DNA of 11,030 nucleotides from Thermotogota bacterium (GTDB taxonomy: Bacteria > Thermotogota > Thermotogae > Petrotogales > Petrotogaceae), in assembly GCA_051748045.1 (NCBI GenBank), contig JBNJGY010000056.1, forward strand, positions 1-11,030, written 5' to 3'. Of this stretch, positions 8,537 to 11,030 are shown piece by piece (the stretch's first letter is position 1; each line of letters begins with the position of its first letter). The position numbers were made by a program, and so were the translations under genes. The notes under the pieces were generated by a model, which saw only the letters and a list, made by a program, of their open reading frames with translations, did no database searches and was not told where the DNA came from.

Positions 8537-8657
8537 ATAAAAATTGCAAAGCAATTTGGTTGTTGGTTTCTTGTTGTTCGTTTTTGGTTTAGTGCATTTT
8601 AAAAACTGTTTTTTTCTAACAACCAACAACTAACAACAGAAATCTCTGATTTCTATG
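8537..8657. repeat. Composite REP-like element: palindrome + GTT heptamer run ... AAC heptamer run + palindrome
   Basis: AAATTGC-AAA-GCAATTT (8541-8557). Heptamers GTTGTTG/GTTTCTT/GTTGTTC/GTTTTTG/GTTTAGT (8559-8593). TAACAAC/CAACAAC/TAACAAC (8617-8637). AGAAATC-TCT-GATTTCT (8638-8654). Confidence 0.65.
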
Positions 8658-8664
8658 ATATAAT
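8656..8664 (+). promoter_or_regulatory. Extended -10 promoter (TGnTATAAT) for the fluoride riboswitch transcript
   Basis: TGATATAAT lies about 11 nt upstream of the aptamer 5' end. Predicted TSS is about 8670-8672. Confidence 0.75.
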
Positions 8665-8675
8665 AATAACATAAA

Positions 8676-8720
8676 AGGTGATGGAGTTCACCTAAATCGC
8701 TTTAAAGCTAATGACTCCTG
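8676..8720 (+). ncRNA. Fluoride riboswitch (crcB motif) aptamer
   Basis: AGGTGATGGAGTTCACCTAAATCGCTTTAAAGCTAATGACTCCTG matches the consensus GGYGAUGGNGUUCRCC...AAYCGC...GCURAUGACNCCUR. P1 AGGTGA/TCACCT, pseudoknot GGAGT (8683-8687)/ACTCC (8714-8718), short GC/GC stem. Confidence 0.95.
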
Positions 8721-8761
8721 TCTTGTATTTTTTATTACATGACAGGAGATTTTTATATTTT
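8715..8761 (+). terminator. Riboswitch expression-platform terminator
   Basis: CTCCTGTC-T-TGTA (8715-8727) pairs with TACA-T-GACAGGAG (8736-8748), followed by ATTTTTATATTTT. The 5' arm overlaps the pseudoknot strand, so it works as a fluoride-ON switch. Confidence 0.85.
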
Positions 8762-8775
8762 CGGGAGGTTTGAAC

Positions 8776-9951
8776 ATGGCGTTTAGTTTAGCAGCTGTCA
8801 TAATTTTAGGTCTCACTTTTAAATGGTTATTTGAAAAAATAAAGCTACCTGGAATATTAGGTATGCTTGTTCTTGGAATGATAATGGGACAGTATGCTTT
8901 AGACTGGCTTAGTCCGGAAATTATGAACGTATCGACAGATTTAAGAAAAATTGCTCTCATAATAATATTACTAAGAGCTGGACTCGGTATATCAAAAAGC
9001 ACTCTTAAAAAAGTTGGAAAACCAGCTATTAAATTATCTTTTATTCCTAATTTATTAGAAGGATTTGCAATAGCTTTTTCTTCTATGTGGATATTTGACC
9101 TTTCTTTTATAGAAGGCGGAATACTTGGTTTTATAATCGCAGCAGTTTCACCAGCTGTAGTAGTTCCTTCGATGTTAAGACTAATGGAAAGAGGAAAAGG
9201 AAAAAAGAAATCAATTCCAACAATGATTTTAGCTGGCGCTTCTGTTGATGATGTTATTGCTATAACTTTATTTTCAACATTTTTAGGATTACACGGAGGA
9301 GAAAATATAAATATTCCAGTTAAATTATTAGAAATCCCTTTTTCTATAGCTCTTGGAATAGGACTCGGGATTATATTAGGGTTTATTTTTGTAAAATTTT
9401 TCAGCAAATACCATATAAGAGATACTAAAAAAGTTCTTTTTATAATAGCCACTTCTATTTTTTTAACAACTTTAGAAGATCTATTATCTTCATATATACA
9501 AGTCGCAAGTCTACTTGGAGTTATGACTATAGGGTTTATACTTCTAGAGAAAAAACAAGCTGTTGCCCACAGATTGGCTAGAAAATTTGAGAAAATTTGG
9601 GTGTTTGCAGAAATACTTCTTTTTGTACTTGTTGGAGCACAGGTAAACTTACAAGTTGCTTTAGAGAGTGGAATAAAAGGATTATTGTTAATAATAATTG
9701 GACTCTCTTTCAGAAGTTTGGGAGTTTTAATATCTCTAAGAAAATCTGGGTTAAATAAAAAAGAAAAAATATTTTCAATCGTAGGCTATATTCCAAAAGC
9801 AACTGTTCAGGCTGCCATTGGAGCTGTTCCTCTTGCTGCAGGAATGGCGAGCGGTAATTTGATACTGGCTTTAGCAGTTCTTTCCATAATTTTCACAGCA
9901 CCTTTAGGAGCTTTTGGTATAAAAGTATTAGGAGATAAATTTTTAGATTAA
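8776..9951 (+). CDS. Cation:proton antiporter (CPA superfamily, NHA2/SLC9B-like)
   Basis: Multi-TM protein with motifs IILLRAGL, AAVSPAVVVP, GASVDDV (DD motif), LLFVLVGA, IPKATVQAAIG. SD GGGAGG (8763-8768) lies 7 nt before ATG 8776, preferred over TTG 8770. Confidence 0.9.
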   Translation: MAFSLAAVIILGLTFKWLFEKIKLPGILGMLVLGMIMGQYALDWLSPEIMNVSTDLRKIALIIILLRAGLGISKSTLKKVGKPAIKLSFIPNLLEGFAIAFSSMWIFDLSFIEGGILGFIIAAVSPAVVVPSMLRLMERGKGKKKSIPTMILAGASVDDVIAITLFSTFLGLHGGENINIPVKLLEIPFSIALGIGLGIILGFIFVKFFSKYHIRDTKKVLFIIATSIFLTTLEDLLSSYIQVASLLGVMTIGFILLEKKQAVAHRLARKFEKIWVFAEILLFVLVGAQVNLQVALESGIKGLLLIIIGLSFRSLGVLISLRKSGLNKKEKIFSIVGYIPKATVQAAIGAVPLAAGMASGNLILALAVLSIIFTAPLGAFGIKVLGDKFLD

Positions 9952-9964
9952 GGAGCCAAGAAAA

Positions 9965-10870
9965 GTGAATTTAGAAAAAATAAATAGAAACACTCATTAT
10001 ATACAAGCGCCAACCAACGTTGGTATATATGCTTTTAAAAACAAAAATGTCTTGATAATAGACTCAACTATAAACAGATACGAAGCAAAAAAAATAGAAA
10101 AAGAGCTAATAAATAAAGGCCTTAAACCTAAATACATAATAAATACTCATGCCCACACAGATCATTCTGGTGGAAATAACTATCTCAAAGAAACTTATCC
10201 AGGAGTAGAGACTTTCACATCAGAAAAAGAAAAAATCTTTATGGAAAATCCAGAAATTCATTATCTAATATCATCTTCTGCTTATCCAAGCAAAAAGCTC
10301 AAAATGAGAAGAAAATCAAAAATTGATCATGTCATAGAAGCTGGCATACACAAAATAAATGATGAAAAATTTGAAATAATAGATTTACCTGGCCACGCCC
10401 TTGGAGATATTGGAATAATAACTCCTGATAGAGTTGCTTTTCTCGGAGACGCCATATTTTCAAAATATACCTTAGAAAAATACCCACTAACATATAACCT
10501 TTATTTAGAAAAAAGAATAGAAAGTCTACACAAAATTAAAGAAATAGATGCAGATTACTTTGTAATAAGCCATGGAAAGGAAATATTAAACAAAGGGGAA
10601 ATATGTGATTTGGTTGAAGAAAACATAAAAAGTACAAACAAAACAATATCAGAAATAATACAAATTTGCGAACAACCATTATCCCGAGAAGAAATACTAC
10701 AAGAATTTTCTATTTTACACGAGATTAAAACAAACTATAAAGGTTATTTAGTAAATCTTTGTTCATTGACTTCATTTTTAAATTACATGATAGATAATGA
10801 AAAAATAGATGCTTCTGTACAAGACGGAAAATTAGTTTATTTCACTTTCAACTTTAAACAGAAATTATGA
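9965..10870 (+). CDS. MBL-fold metallo-hydrolase
   Basis: THAHTDHSGG (HxHxDH), LPGHA, GDA, SHG metal ligands. GTG start with AGGAG SD 13 nt after the antiporter stop, with no intervening terminator. Confidence 0.9.
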   Translation: MNLEKINRNTHYIQAPTNVGIYAFKNKNVLIIDSTINRYEAKKIEKELINKGLKPKYIINTHAHTDHSGGNNYLKETYPGVETFTSEKEKIFMENPEIHYLISSSAYPSKKLKMRRKSKIDHVIEAGIHKINDEKFEIIDLPGHALGDIGIITPDRVAFLGDAIFSKYTLEKYPLTYNLYLEKRIESLHKIKEIDADYFVISHGKEILNKGEICDLVEENIKSTNKTISEIIQICEQPLSREEILQEFSILHEIKTNYKGYLVNLCSLTSFLNYMIDNEKIDASVQDGKLVYFTFNFKQKL

Positions 10871-11000
10871 AATAATTTCTACTTTTTAATATAATGAAGA
10901 ACTCTTAAAAATAATTCCGAAATATAAAAATTCAAAGTAGGGCAAGAAGTAGAAATTGTTTCACAATTTCTGTTGAAGGGTTATGGTTGGAAGTTGGAAG
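10839..11000. repeat. Inverted pair of GTAG-tagged palindromic repeats with flanking heptamer runs
   Basis: 10857-10887 and 10944-10974 form a 31-bp inverted repeat with 3 mismatches. Each arm contains a 9-3-9 palindrome (AGAAATTAT-GAA-ATAATTTCT; AGAAATTGT-TTC-ACAATTTCT). Heptamers ATTTCAC/TTTCAAC/TTTAAAC lie to the left and GTTGAAG/GGTTATG/GTTGGAA/GTTGGAA to the right. Confidence 0.75.
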
Positions 11001-11030
11001 TAAAAAACATTGTTAAACATCTAAAATAAT

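Noticed and set aside
8688-9452. 254-aa minus-strand ORF
   Set aside because: Antisense shadow of the hydrophobic antiporter gene. It has no recognisable motifs and overlaps the riboswitch.
10873-10884. TAATTTCTACT resembles the Cas12a CRISPR repeat handle
   Set aside because: It lacks the closing GTAGAT, the copies are inverted rather than direct, and there is no spacer array or cas gene. It is better explained as the palindromic repeat family.

Overview
A very AT-rich bacterial chromosomal window. The gene content and protein style suggest an anaerobe such as Thermotogota/Petrotogales; this is inference only. It holds 9 credible CDSs: a SAM methyltransferase and HAD hydrolase operon (+), a DUF2785-like protein (+), a dCache methyl-accepting chemotaxis protein (-), an orphan 521-aa helical protein with an internal XRE-like HTH (+), a probable outer-membrane beta-barrel (-), an HI0933/YhiN-family flavoprotein that appears to start at AUU (-), and an NHA2/SLC9B-like cation:proton antiporter followed by an MBL-fold hydrolase (+). 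Highlights: (1) a clear fluoride (crcB-motif) riboswitch with its own extended -10 promoter and an overlapping terminator controls the antiporter (and probably the MBL gene), not a Fluc or CLC-F gene. (2) Four copies of an unannotated composite repeat, (G/A)TAR-AAAT-palindrome plus GTT-initiated 7-mer tandem run, occur in inverted pairs with compensatory substitutions and bracket that fluoride module. (3) A near-consensus promoter fires straight into a perfect 24-bp palindromic terminator. (4) The chemoreceptor's only two cysteines form a CxxC in its sensor pocket.
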